64,000 bases of DNA, from the NCBI GenBank assembly GCA_036172245.1, contig JAYWIR010000040.1, positions 1,612,001 to 1,676,000 of the forward strand, given 5' to 3'. This stretch comes from Raillietiella orientalis (lineage: Eukaryota). Made by a program: the position numbers and the translations under genes. Shown piece by piece: positions 23,340 to 35,801 of the stretch (its first letter is position 1; each line of letters begins with the position of its first letter). The notes under the pieces are model-generated. The model was not told where the DNA came from, made no database searches, and was given only the letters and a program-made list of their open reading frames with translations.

Positions 23340-25430
23340 CCAGATGGAAAGATGACTATGAAGGAATGCGAGAGACTATCGAGTAGCATGGTTATCCAAG
23401 CACGGCGAGTCCTCGCATACAAAAGGAAACTGGAGGAGAGAATAACCCAAAGGACGCGCGAGCTTTGGCAAGACCAAGGCACTCAGTGGTCCAAGGTGAA
23501 CCCCCCCGAACAAACGACGTCAAAATGCCAGAAAACGTCGCACCGTCCGAAGCGATAGGAAAGATGAGGGGCAGGCTGGGCAACGCCACCCTCGATCCAC
23601 AGACGAGCGGAGATCCTCCTTGCCTCCGGACATCCAGGATTGTCTCCTGATGTTTTACCACGAAGGATAGTCGCCTTCTTCCTGAGGAGCATCCTCATCA
23701 GAAGGATAAGAATGACCTTGGACATGTGTGCGATGCCCATGATCTTTTATTACTCCTGAAAAAGGAGATAAACATCTGGGCGTAGGAAGAATCCCTTCCT
23801 GGACTCTCCTGCACTGCCTCGGGATACTAAACTGCGCGGCCAGGACGGCGTACTTTCCTACCTGCGCAAGCCTCGATGGTGATTGGTTGTTTGGTCCAGT
23901 GTGAATGGATTTTTGAATGAATTCACCCCATCGCGAGTCGGACTGGGGAAAGAAGAGACATTGACCAAGGCTGAGATGATCATGAACGGTGGGCTGTCGG
24001 TGAAGCAAAAGATGAATTCCCTTAAGACCTTCCTTTTCCCCAGTCTTGTCCGTTATCAAAGACTGGGGACGCACCCCAAAAGAGACTGGAAATAGGGGTG
24101 TGAGAAGGATGGTGAAGTACTTGTGCTCGGAGCTGCCCAGGAATACCTGGATGGCGATCGACGGAACGGGTCAGATGAAGCGGACAACTTCATCGTCGGA
24201 AGCTGCTTCAAACTTCTTGCCCCTCCGGACTCCTCGACATCACGTTTGGTTTGGCAAACTTTCCGACGTAGCGCACAAAAAGGTACTGCAAGCTCCATCA
24301 GATGGACATTTGGAGCAACATGTATCTGGGGAAACAGCCGGGTTATCTGGCAGACCGAGAGGAAAATCAAAGGTCATTGGACGGGTGGACGACAGGCCTC
24401 CGGCAGGATCAATGCGACGTGGGAGAAGGGTAGAAGGGGGAGGGGGACCACGCCTGCCAGCAAGGGGGGGACTTACCATTCCAGCACCGGGAGGAAGATT
24501 GCTCCGAGCCTGCGTGCTGCTCAACGCAACAGCGCCTAGGAATCCCTGACTTCGGAACATCCGGAAAGGTGAGGCACACGGGTGAGACTGCAGCAAGCCA
24601 CGAGTTATTTCTCGTCATCTGGGGATTTTTCGTGGTGTGCAGCTGGCCACTATTGGTTCACGCCGCTGGATTGGAGCCGTACCTGATTCGAAGAGGATCG
24701 CTCTTGCAGGAGGAAATGCTTCTGGCGCAGAGGGACGCCACCTCGTGTTCTGAACCACTGCTCGAGGCTCGCTCGTATCCATGGAGCAACGCATTTGACG
24801 CCAATGTTGAAAGCTGCGACCGCTAGCAGACAGCAACTGTTGATACCTGCGGATCGGAGAGGCCCTCGTGCCAACTTGCTCCCAGGTTCAGTCTTTCGGG
24901 GAGGCGGCATCACACTAATGTGCCCATTCGGGAATGGAGGAGACGCATCCAGGATACTCCGTGAGAACAAGGAGGGGAGGCAGGCCGACATTGCAAAGGC
25001 AGCTGGCGAGCGGCGTGGCGCGAGTGGAGACAGCCAGCCGCCTTTGTGGTTGGATCCCTTGTTGCAGGGGGACCGAAAAACGATGCAACCCTCAGGGACT
25101 CGCATGTCCCCCGACTGCAAGTGAGGAGATGAGACCTTTGATGGTTATGGGGGGAGAGGGAGAGAGATTGGAAGCATCGTCCCGCACATCCCCTAGATGA
25201 CGCAAGTATGCCGGCACTTGAGTTGGGAAGAGATGGCCCGCACGAGACTCGTGGAAGCGGTGTGAACCCTCTCCAGGAAAAGGATCGTCAGCGTCCTGTT
25301 CGAACCGCCTTCCCGTTTATTTCTTCCCGTGAGTAGATGAGTGAAAAATTTGGAGACGGCGAGCACTCATGGATTTTAACGGAATGATGAATGCAAATTG
25401 TGGAATTCTGGTTGAATAAAAAGTGGGGTT
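23340..25430 (+). mobile_element. Decayed NeSL/Utopia-like (RLE-type, R2 group) non-LTR retrotransposon, internally deleted
   Basis: Motif remnants in order: 'ENVAPS', 'HVCDAHDLLLL' (degenerate YADD region), 'KQKMNSLKTFLFPSL', 'QEYLDG...SCFKLLAPPD', 'HWTGGRQASGRINATW', 'PRVLNHC' (CCHC remnant), 'ITLMCPFGNG...ENK' (restriction-like endonuclease). AATAAA near 25415. Confidence 0.7.
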
Positions 25431-25460
25431 TGCTACTCGAGATGATGTGAGAGTGAGTGA

Positions 25461-25755
25461 AGGATGTCGCAGACCGTAATTCATTCAAAGTTGTGATCTG
25501 CAACCAAATAGCAATAAATGGTTTTTGGCTACTCGAGAGGGCTATGAATTTAAATAACAAAAGCCGCAGGCATGGATATTCTGCAAAATATTAACAGCAC
25601 TCCACGTTGTTCCTAAAATGGCAATAGAACGTGCTTTAGCACCGCAGAGGGTCCATGCCACCTCTGGCACCTTCGAGACCTTCTAGAAGGGGATCAGTTT
25701 TTTTTCGAAACGCAGTTATCAATGTACCACATGTCATCATTCTGTAAATTCAAGA
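25461..25755 (+). repeat. Diverged dispersed direct repeat, copy 2
   Basis: Homologous to 19862-20165. One frame reads 'WIFCKILTALHVVPKMAIERAL', reminiscent of the MULE transposase L.ALAFVP...V..AF motif (inference). Confidence 0.8.
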
Positions 25756-26699
25756 TCTTTTTTCACTTTTTCTCCTGGCACGATCCAGGAAGTCACCCAA
25801 AAGGAAGTTTTCCTTGCTGGCCTTTCCTGTCGGTCAGGGTTCACCACTTGCAACTTGCTGCCTGTATTTATTTCAACGAGAGTGCATAGTTTTTCAGCTT
25901 TAAATATAGGCGCATTTTTGTAGGCCAGCAGAACACTACCGTTTCCCTATTCGATGCAGGACATGCTCGTCGTGTTTAATTCCAAGGAATACATCAGCTG
26001 AAGTGGGAAAGTGCGATTCTAAAGAAGGAAGAAGAAGAAAAAGTCACCGGCCTAAGAAGGTTCGCTTCTTTCCAAAAGAAAAAAAAAATCACGACGATGC
26101 CTTCGTAGGTTTGAAACCAACACTCTCGGTAACGGATACGGAAATTCATAGTTACGAGGAAGGAGAGGATTTCGCAATGAAAGATGCCGAAATGCCAGCC
26201 GCACTTTACGACGGAAAGCTGAAGCAAACAAATACCTTTGGTAGAACGGAAACGAGAGTCCGTTTTTCCCAACATTGAAATCCATAAATCGCATGTGTTT
26301 GTAAAAACCTTTGAAAGCAAAAGCATTTTATATGCAAAAGCAAAAAAGGAAATCGTGACTGAGTGGGGGGAGGGAGAGGAGAGGGGGGGAGGGAAATTGC
26401 AGTATTTGATCTTTCTTGATGGATGTCAGATCCGTGCAGCATATCCATATCAGCAAGATCCCTTAAAGGCTTGGAAAACGCTGACTAGGATTCATCCATT
26501 AATGGTTTGTGGAAATGACTCTATTGGAAGAAAAAAAAAAAAAAAAGATGGAAATTTTTATTTTATTTTTTTTCTTTAAAAAAGGTTCGATTTCTTTTCT
26601 TCCGCCATGTCAAAAACGTACGGCACAATAAAAAAAAAAGAAAGAAAGAAAGAAAGAAAGAAACCGAGTCAAACACTTGACGTTTCAGGATGACTTTGT

Positions 26700-27350
26700 A
26701 AGAAGTGACTCCGTCCGTAAGCTTGCCTTAGAGAATGCGTGTGACCTAAAGCGAGCCGGAAGCCCTAAAACGAGGAAGCGTGTTGTTCACGGATGTCAGC
26801 TGGGAACACCACGTTCCTTCCTTCCTATAAGTGAGGAGGTGCGAAGAAACGCATTTGCAAACACCCGACTGCCGTTGCCGTGGGCAGTACACCACCCCTT
26901 TTACCATTCCTTCGCTTGCTGCTATTTGCCAGGTGGAGGGAGGTTGGGCCCCTCGCTGCACAGGATTTGAGGATGTGCTTCACAGTTCGACTTCGTGACC
27001 TCGTGTGAGAAGCCATGGCGCATACCTTCCCTAATCTCACGGTTCGTTCAGCGCGGTTGCCTCTTTTGGCCGCGTTCGTAGACTGAGCACCCCGAGCTCG
27101 GTCGGTGGGTGAAGCCCTGCTGGAGGCAGGATCACCGGATCAAGGGGTGTGACCGTGCGTCCCGCGGGATCCGGATTTCGTGCACCCCTTCTCACTCGGC
27201 ACACCGGATCCGTTTTTCGCCTCTCGAGAGATGACTAATGCCTTTGAATAGGCACGCGAAGTCAAATGCAGATGTGCTAAATCGTCCAGCCCGGAGGTCC
27301 CAGTGCTCTCCTCCAGAAGGAGCAGAATACGAAACCGAGGTTCCTTTCTG
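26700..27350 (-). mobile_element. Possible LINE C-terminal (zinc-knuckle) fragment
   Basis: 'KVCAMASH...RTVKHILKSC' resembles C..C...ETVxHxLxxC. Weak match. Confidence 0.3.
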
Positions 27351-28769
27351 ATGTGGTCATAACTGAAATCATAATTCAACCCCCCCCCAAAAGAATCGAA
27401 AAAAAAAAAAAACCTAAACAAACCTAAACAAACGCGAAATTATTAAATGCTTATTGATAAACATGAATAACTGAGTTTTAAAAGCATTGAAGCAATCAGA
27501 GATGTAAATATTCTTCGTTTCTTAGTGTTAAAGTAGATGAGGTTTTTGATAGGAGGAGGAGGAAAGAAAGAAAAAGAGAATTCGTACATCTAAAAATGCT
27601 AAAACCAAAGCTTCTCAAGTTGAATACAACATAAGATCCCAACAAATTAAAAGGTCCGATTGGGGATAAAATGACCCCTAAACTTTCCTACAGCGAAGTT
27701 GTTCGCTGAACGTTTGTTTTCCTCTTATGAAATGAATAACGAATTCAAATAGGCATTCGATTTCATTAAAAATGGATGTACAGACAGTTGGGAAGGGGTT
27801 AACTGTGGAAGTGGAAAAAAAAACACCTTCTGGTAAATGCTGAACTTCAGGGAACTCAGTAAAGATAAAGATTCCGTCCTCTCTGTAGATAAGTTATCTG
27901 AGTTTGATTAGGAGGAAGATTAGGGGATTTAATGGAAGTAGAATACTTCTGGTTTGTTCATTCGCCACGTGCAAAATCTATCATACTACGTTAGAAAGGA
28001 AAATTACAGTCACCTGTGGAAAGTTTGGTTAGGATTTTGGGCCACGCAATAGGCAACGGTGGCGATCTCGTCTGCTCTCAGCTCTATTTTTCCACGTGTC
28101 GGGGATGATGCGAGCCACCCTCCTCTTGCATGCTGCTGCTCCGAGGCATATTTTGTGAAAATTCCTGCTTCGGACTTTTCGGTTTCGAGTGTTGGGGGAG
28201 CTGCGCACATGGCTGTTCAGTACACCCACAGCTAATGTGCGTATTCGTGTGCTCACACCGTTATTCCACAGGCGACGCCCTTGTAGCTAAAGTTGCTGAA
28301 GAGCAACTCATCATTTTTAAACAAGTCAGGATCACCAGAGCAGGGAGACTTTCGCCGAAATGGTTCTGTGGTCTTGGAAAAACAGCAAAGAAAAATCGAC
28401 ATTTCCATTCTCCCTCTCCCCCAAAGGGGAAAAGACCCCCCCCCCCCCTAAAACAACGAAACACCCGGCACAAATTGCCTCATTGCGAAACCACCGAGGA
28501 GGTTGCAGCAGCAGCATATGGGCTTTGTCTGTTTAGACACGTGTGTTTCGTCTTGGATGTTGCGATCCACTACATTTCCTTCTGGTTCCCAAATGTTAGA
28601 AAATTCTTCAGTTTTTACTGATGAGGCAATAAAGTGATCCAGTCAGAAGTAAGCTTCTTAATTAAGATTTCGTTCGAGAAGCAAAAAGCTTCTTTTCATC
28701 CAGGATGCGATCATAGTAGCCACAAGCTGATGGTTGCAGCTATCACAAGTTGAAAAAAAAAAAAAAACA

Positions 28770-29113
28770 TGAGAGGGTCTACCCCTCTCGCCACGTCCTT
28801 TAATCCACTTTTTGCAGGAACATCGCCAAATTCGATAAAGTACTCTCTCTCCTCAGATGACCCCGGAAGGTCCTGGGTCCCTCCCTTTTGTCCTGGCCAC
28901 TCATCAGGGGCCTCAGGCTTTACCTGCTACTGGTGCCGCACCCGAATAGGGGACAGCCAGCGTCATCTTGCAGGAGGGGAGCCCGGGATCCACAACGCAC
29001 CCCCATTTTCCCGGAGTCGGGGTATTCGAACTCGCGACGCTTGGTGCCACGAGCGGAGACAGCAGCCCACAGGGCCTCCGACTGGGGCAGCGACAGATCC
29101 AGGGGTACCCCTG
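28770..29113 (-). mobile_element. tRNA-derived SINE-like element (tRNA-like head at 29083-29015)
   Basis: Minus strand AGTCGG...CCGACT acceptor-like pairing, GCCC/GGGC D-arm and B-box-like GAGTTCGAATACC, followed by a GC-rich body in AT-rich surroundings. Confidence 0.5.
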
Positions 29114-29649
29114 TTTTCGTATTAAAATACGGTCGAGTTATGCATGCCACTTCTAAACGGTAAAAAATGCCACAGGGAAAACAGAGGGAATGTAGCAGGA
29201 ATATGAGGCAAACCAAAACGAAATACGCAACTTGGGGTACGAGGTGAAAGGCCTGACAAAGTTTGAAATACATAATTTTGCAAGTTCATTTCATACACCT
29301 TGAATTCCTTTCTGTTTCTCATTTTGTCTTAGCACTGCTTATAGGCAACCGGGGGGGGGGGGGAGGAGGCAATTGGTAAGGATATCAAATACAAAATTTC
29401 TGAAAATTCTGGTGTGCAGAAAAATAAAATAACATCCTGGACTGGTGGTTACTATGTGTGCTTCTAATTGAAAAAAAAAAAAAAAAAAACAATTGGGATA
29501 AATAATGTATGAAGGTGCGTTCGTGAAAGCAAAGGTGTTGGAAAGAATCCCTGTTCGGGAACCCTTAGAGGATACTTAGGTTGTTTTGAGACTTGCATGT
29601 TGTCTCACGTAACCACGAACAATTTACTCCCGTGGGCATCTGATTCTTG

Positions 29650-30230
29650 ATCGAAAGACATCAAGCCAATCTGCCGGGATTGCAATTTGAAAGGGGAAAA
29701 AACAAAACAAAATACTTGCAAGCGGAAACTGGAGCTAGGATTTTTTTTTTCTTTCTACGAAAATGTTTTCGAATTTGGAACTTTGAAGAATCTGCAAAAC
29801 CGAAGAAATCCAACCGGAAGCTATGGGCCAGGGATTTCTCCTTCCTTGATTGCTATCCATGTCCTTTAAATATTTCGCGAAAACATTTCAAAAAAGGATG
29901 CGTTATCCTCCCCGCAATCCGTTCATCCAGACACTTTCCCGAGTGTGTCCGAATATTTTCCCAGCGATGTGGGAAACGTCGGAGGTGTCGCCGGGGCGCA
30001 GCGCCCGAGAAAGTTGCACGGTGCGGCGCAAAGTGCGGAGGCGGTGCCATCTTCCGTCGAATTCCGGAACGAACTGGTGGCTCAGTGGAAACAGAAGTGT
30101 GCATTGTTGAGGGTGGCAGAAGTGGTGGTCAGTCATCCCGGAAGAAGAGTGAGAATTTCGAAATGCCCAGCATCCCGCCGAAAAACGCGTTTCCCCCCCT
30201 TTTTTTTTCTCCAAAGGAGTGGTAAATAAG
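29650..30230 (+). mobile_element. Possible L1/Tx1-like 3' (zinc-knuckle) fragment
   Basis: 'KKGCVILPAIRSSRHFPECVRIF' resembles C..C...ET..H.F.EC; followed by an A-rich tract near 30225-30253. Confidence 0.3.
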
Positions 30231-31088
30231 AAGCAGGAAAAGAAAAAAAAAAACATGTCCTTTATTTGTGTATGTTAGTTGCATGTCGTGTAACAAGTTT
30301 TGCAATCAGGAAAGTTGATGTCGAATGCACAATCACTTTCGATGAAGCCGCCCATTTGAAGAATATAACAAATCCATTCGAAAACAAGTTTTTGGACTGT
30401 TCTTTGAGGAGGCAGGTTTTTCAATTAAGTGAGATTCCCATTCATCTGTTCATGGAAACTCTTTGAACCCAAGGAGCATTACTGGTTTTAATGGTGCTAC
30501 AATAGTTCAGTCAATAGACATTTTATGGAATCACATGGATGTTGAATAATAGTATAATGTAATGGGGAAACGAAAGAGCAGTGGAAGTGGAGTGGATTTA
30601 GAGGAGTGCATCATGAAGGAAGATGAAGAAGAGTTAGTTTGCTTTATCTGTTTAAGTTTGATTTTGCTTTATTTTGTTGAGTAATCAATAATTTATTCGT
30701 TTCAGAGTTTATGTTTCCAAAAAATGTAGTAAATGTTAAAAGTAGATAAAATGCATTGGTAAAATGTATTTCATTGCAATGAGTTTTAGTGTTGAGAAAA
30801 ACTGAACCCATTGAAAGTCAACCTAAAGAAGTATTCCTAATGTTTCTATGTGTCTAGAAGTGTTTATATATTTTTATTTGAATTTTTCATTGGAGTTTGG
30901 ATCCTTTTAAAAAATATATTCGAAGATAAAAATTATGATTATGAAAAAAAAAAAAAAAGAATCACACTCACTGTTGTATTAAAAATCGAAAACTTTATTC
31001 GTAAATATAAGTGCATTCAAGAGAATGCGTTTATTAATGTTGTGAAAGCATAGAACTTACATCTTTCGTTTAATCTTTACAAAGGGAA

Positions 31089-34000
31089 ATGATTGCCGAC
31101 GAACTGTCGAATCAGTTTGAAAAATCATGTTTAAAAAAAAAAAAGGGGGAAGATATGGATGATAACAACGAAGTGACTCATTGTATACGGAGCAGTGCAA
31201 GACAGGCGAAAAAGAAAATTTTAGAAGAAAGTCGAACTCTTTTAGAAAATGGTTAATTTCTAAAACTTTTAAAATCAGTACATTGTTTCATATTTTTACA
31301 GACAGAGAAAACACGTATAACATAGAAAATCAATCTGAGAATATCAAGCAAAAGAGGTCTTGGGAACTTTGGTCAGCAGAAGAAAATGAGGCCTTTTTTG
31401 AGGCATTAAATGAATATGGGAAAGAATTTGAAGCAATTGAAAACCACATTGCACTTAAAGCAAAAAAGAAGGGTGCATCCCACATAGCAGCAAAAACCCG
31501 TAACCAAGTGAGACACTTCTATTATAGAACATGGCATAAGATATCAAAGTACCTAAACATATCTGATGGTAAAAAAGAAAATTTTTCATAGCCAAAATAT
31601 TTTACACACCTTATCATTTTAGCAATAAAAAAGAGTACACAGGAAATTTATGGTCTTATAAATTATGGAGAAATGAGGAAACGAGTTGGCTGCCATTTAA
31701 ACAAGAAAGTACTGTTCAAATTAAATGAATTAGTGCATAAAGGAACTACCATTGTGCGCATAAAAGGAAAAAATTTACGTATAAAGACACCAGTATGCTG
31801 TGCATTAAAAAAATTAAATAAGATTGCAGGTATATTGTTATTTTCATTGCCTTTGCCAAGTAGCTAACATATTTTTAGAAGCTTCTGAAGAGCACCTACT
31901 TCGCCTTCCAAATCATGTTGCCCTGCAATTGCAGCCTCGTTCCAATTCATCATGGCTTTTTGTCCAAAGCCTTGCACAGAATCCTCGACTGCGTATTAAT
32001 TTCTCCTTAAATACTCGTATTTCAACTGTGATTAAATTTTTGCAGAACAAATGGCGATGCCACAATGAATACCTAGTATCCTTATCTAATTGCTGTATGA
32101 TTTTTTCTGTATTTTTTATTCCTTGACTCAAATCAGATGAGCAAGCAATTCAATAGCAAGTCAGAAGAAAGCATAAGTGAATCTTTTTTTAGTCCATCTC
32201 TTCGACTGTATTTGGCAGATTCTATGGATGTAGTATTGCTTTCAGTCAAGGCTATGGAAATCATTCAAAGTTGTCAAGTTAGCCTAAAAAGTTATAAGGA
32301 TAATATGATGCATGCATTTAGTTTGGATGATCTCATTTGTGAACAAATTACTGAAAAGAACACTTTAGAAAATACATCAAAACCCCCATTAGATGCTAAT
32401 GTGTGTGCTCATGATGATAAAAAAACACATGATTCCCTTGAAGATTCCCTTAACATAAGTTCTGTTTCTCACAAAGAGGATATTTGTCAGTCTTATAGCA
32501 GGACCAATCATAATTTGAAGCAGCCAGAATTGGCAAGTAGTACAAAACAATATGTGATGTTAGAATCCCAGTCTTCAGTGCAAAAAACTGTATTTCCTAT
32601 TACACATCAGTCTCAGGGTGATCTAGTCAATCAAAGAGATAGTGACGATCCAAATGACAAAGCAAATTTAACAGATAAAGACCTTTCCAGCCTGCTTGAA
32701 AAAGAGAGAGAAAAAATTAAATTAGGTTGGACAGAAAAAAATGCATGTGATTTGACAGTTGGTGAATTGTTTCTTATGGTAGTTGGTAAATGAACTTGAT
32801 AGTGGTGATGCACTAATATGCTTACAGGTGGGTCGACCAAGCAAAATTTTTCTCTTGTATGAATGGGAATGGGTTGGAATCGCCAGTGCAGAAATTGCAC
32901 AGTCCAATCAAATGGTTGGAATTAGTACTTTATCTAGTATTTTGCAGACTTTACTGTCTGTAGCTCAGGAGATTTGTGTACCATCAAAAGTTAAGGTTTG
33001 TGAATGAACTAATAATATGTAGTTATCATTTGTAAGCAGATGCATCAATGCAGCATTTGTGGGCATAAACACCAGTGTAATAACAATAGTGGCAATTCAC
33101 GTGCTTCAATTAATAAAACTAATATTCGTTCAAAGGTAGGTTGTAGGACAGTTTTGGCTTGGATACAAAAATTCGATGTATGGCTAAATTATATAAATCA
33201 CATGTATGCATTTAGTTTTTTCAAGTTAGAGGTATTAAGTAAGTTATTCAGTGAATAATTTTATTCAGGTTTAAAAACATTCAGAGATTTTATGAAATTA
33301 GTGAACAGTAATTAATTTGAAATGGAATTTCAGTGCAATCTAGAGTGTGCAATAGATCAGGAAATGGAAAAGTACACAATGTATTAGAATAAAAGTACAC
33401 TGCCAGGCTTGCATACAGCAGACTTGCCATATTTTCTCATAAACAAAGGTACAAGAGTTAGTACAGCTTGAACGTCAGTCAAGTATACATTTCTTCATTT
33501 AGGCATATTTTCCTCCTGTCACTTGTTGATTGAAAATATTGTATTTTCTGTGTATCAGGCTCAACTTTCACTGTTTCTGTTATACCCACATGAAAGTTGT
33601 GTATCCAATATACTCAATATTAATATGGGAACCAAGAACATTCAGGTTGGCTGAGGAGGATTCCTCACTTTAGCATGTGGAACAAACTCTGCTGGCTCCA
33701 ATTGTACTTGCAGTGGCATCATGAAATTTTTTTCCATCCAACTAAAATAGGCTGCATAGGCATTAAGGGTTGCATCAATGTTTTCTGCTTGTCATACTTC
33801 TCAGCCTCCGATTCATATATATCTCAGAAATTCAAAACAAAAGATACAGACGTATTTCTGTCAAGTATTTCAGTTTAGCTCCATTTCCAAATTTACTCAA
33901 TTCGTTTCACGGAATGTAATTTTTTTAAATGCCTCGTTTTCTGTTTACATCTATATTTTCAAAAGAGATAACTTTGCATGTTGTTTCTTTGATGCTGTCT

Positions 34001-35712
34001 GCAATGATTCATGAAAGTGTTGCATTGCTAATTGGGTAATGTTTGAAAAAAAAATCTCAGCCATTGTGAAATTCCATTATTGTGAACTTTGATTAATTCA
34101 GTTGCATAAATTCTATTTCTGATGTCAACACTGCAAGTGACTTCTCTTATAGTGTATTTGCTTATGGACACTGAAAATTTACATGTCACGTCATCAGTTT
34201 TTACACTTTAAAAGCAGAGATTGGATCAGACCAAAGGGGCTGTTCTGTCAAATAAGTGCACTCATAAATGAATGCTTTGCTTTTGTGTTTGTTCATGTGT
34301 ATGAATAAAAGTACATTTCAGGTACCTTGTGTTTTAAATGATCATACAAAAAATTGTTTTGTATGCTTTAAAGAAATTGTACTAACAATTAATTGTCAAA
34401 TACCTCCCTAGCCCAAACTGACACATCAAAGTGTCCAGGTGTCTCAGCATGTACAGGCTGATGTATGTACTTCTCATGTGTTACAGTCTAATAGCACTAT
34501 CCCCCTCACTGAAGACCTTGGTAAGGATGCATTTATTCAGCTTGGTGATGTTTGTGTAGCCCAGGTAGATGATGCTGTTGCTCCAAAGAGAATTCAGGTA
34601 AACTGGGAAGCAGAACTGGAGAAAATTGTTACACATTTTCAGAATATCATCCTCCCACGTTTTTCCCGACGAGGTACTCGAAACAGAAGTAAAAACACAG
34701 TTACACCAAGGATGGTTCCAGTATTACCAAAAAATCGTTCTTTAACAATGAAAGTGGGAATCCCTCGCTGCTCCAATTTGCAACTACGTAATAAAATCAG
34801 TGGAACAGCTTACTTGCCCATAACCATTTCTCCCAATATTCCTACAAGTACTGCCTCAGTTTCCTTGGCTCATAATATTCCCATTACTTTGACAGTGCCC
34901 ACTTGTACCATAGGAACCACCTATCCTTTTATGGAGAACGACTTGGTAATCAGATCCCCTCAATTAACAGGAGAAGTAGTTCAAGTAACTGAATCTGATC
35001 CTTTACAAATGCTTGTTGAAAAAGAAATCATCGGAGATTTTGTCCCTTCAAAGTTGCTTGCTTCTTCTTCAGGCAACAATAGCATAGCTAATCTTCATAT
35101 TAAAGAGGCATCTTCCCAAGACATATCTTCACTTCTGGGCATCAGTTTGCAGGAAAATGATTCTTTACTAGAGCATCTGGAAAACTCCGACCGCAGTTTT
35201 TCAGGCAAATTTTTGGTTTTTCATGCTTCATTAACTTATAGATTCGTTTATAGATTTACTAGAAGCGAATTTGGTAAGCAACAAACAAGCAGATTCCTCC
35301 ACTAAAGAAAGGAAGAAAGAAACGAATGAAACTCAAGTTGTTACCCCTCCAGGCTCCCCCTCACGATTTTTGCATGATTCAGAAAACCAGTGGCTCAATC
35401 CTGAGGTTTAATTTTTGATTTTCACTTGCTTCTTTTTGCATTGTTGAGCTACTTTACTCTTCTTTTTAGATTAGTGAATTATCTCTTGGTAGTTTACTCA
35501 ATCATCTTGATTCTCCTTGCAAGCTATCATCCAGCAATGGTGCCAGTTTAATGGAAAATCCCAAGCTGGTAAGTAATTAAAAAATCTTTCATTGTCATAA
35601 CCTCACTGTCGAATAGATGGATTCCCAGTTTGGATGTTTGTTAGAGAATAGCATTGATTTCACAGCTAAATTTGCTGACTTAGCTGCCAAAGCCAATGAC
35701 ATCAACCAGTGA
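31089..35712 (+). CDS. CRAMP1: Cramped-like SANT/Myb chromatin regulator. Exons: 31089-31251, 31302-31568, 31623-31829, 31879-32075, 32137-32778, 32828-32995, 33040-33135, 34412-35204, 35254-35405, 35470-35568, 35617-35712. Extra 5' exons from about 30562 are possible.
   Basis: 'IRSSARQAKK', SANT domain 'KRSWELWSAEENEAFFEALNEYGKEFEAI...QVRHFYYRTWHKISKY', 'EIYGLINYGEMRKR', 'RIKTPVCCALKKLN', 'AQNPRLR', 'LTVGELFLM' and C-terminal 'ENSIDFTAKFADLA'. AATAAA at 35738-35743. Confidence 0.92.
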
Positions 35713-35801
35713 ATTTGCTGATTGTAACAAACTTATTAATAAAACTATTTTTTTAAGAATATGCTTTTATAATCAAGAAGTTTGTTGTACTTTTATTAAA
35801 A

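Noticed and set aside
28880..28915. Minus-strand CTGATGA inside the SINE-like element as a hammerhead core
   Set aside because: No properly placed GAAA after a stem II.
29015..29083. Functional tRNA gene
   Set aside because: T-arm and anticodon arm do not pair canonically; treated as a SINE head or pseudo-tRNA.
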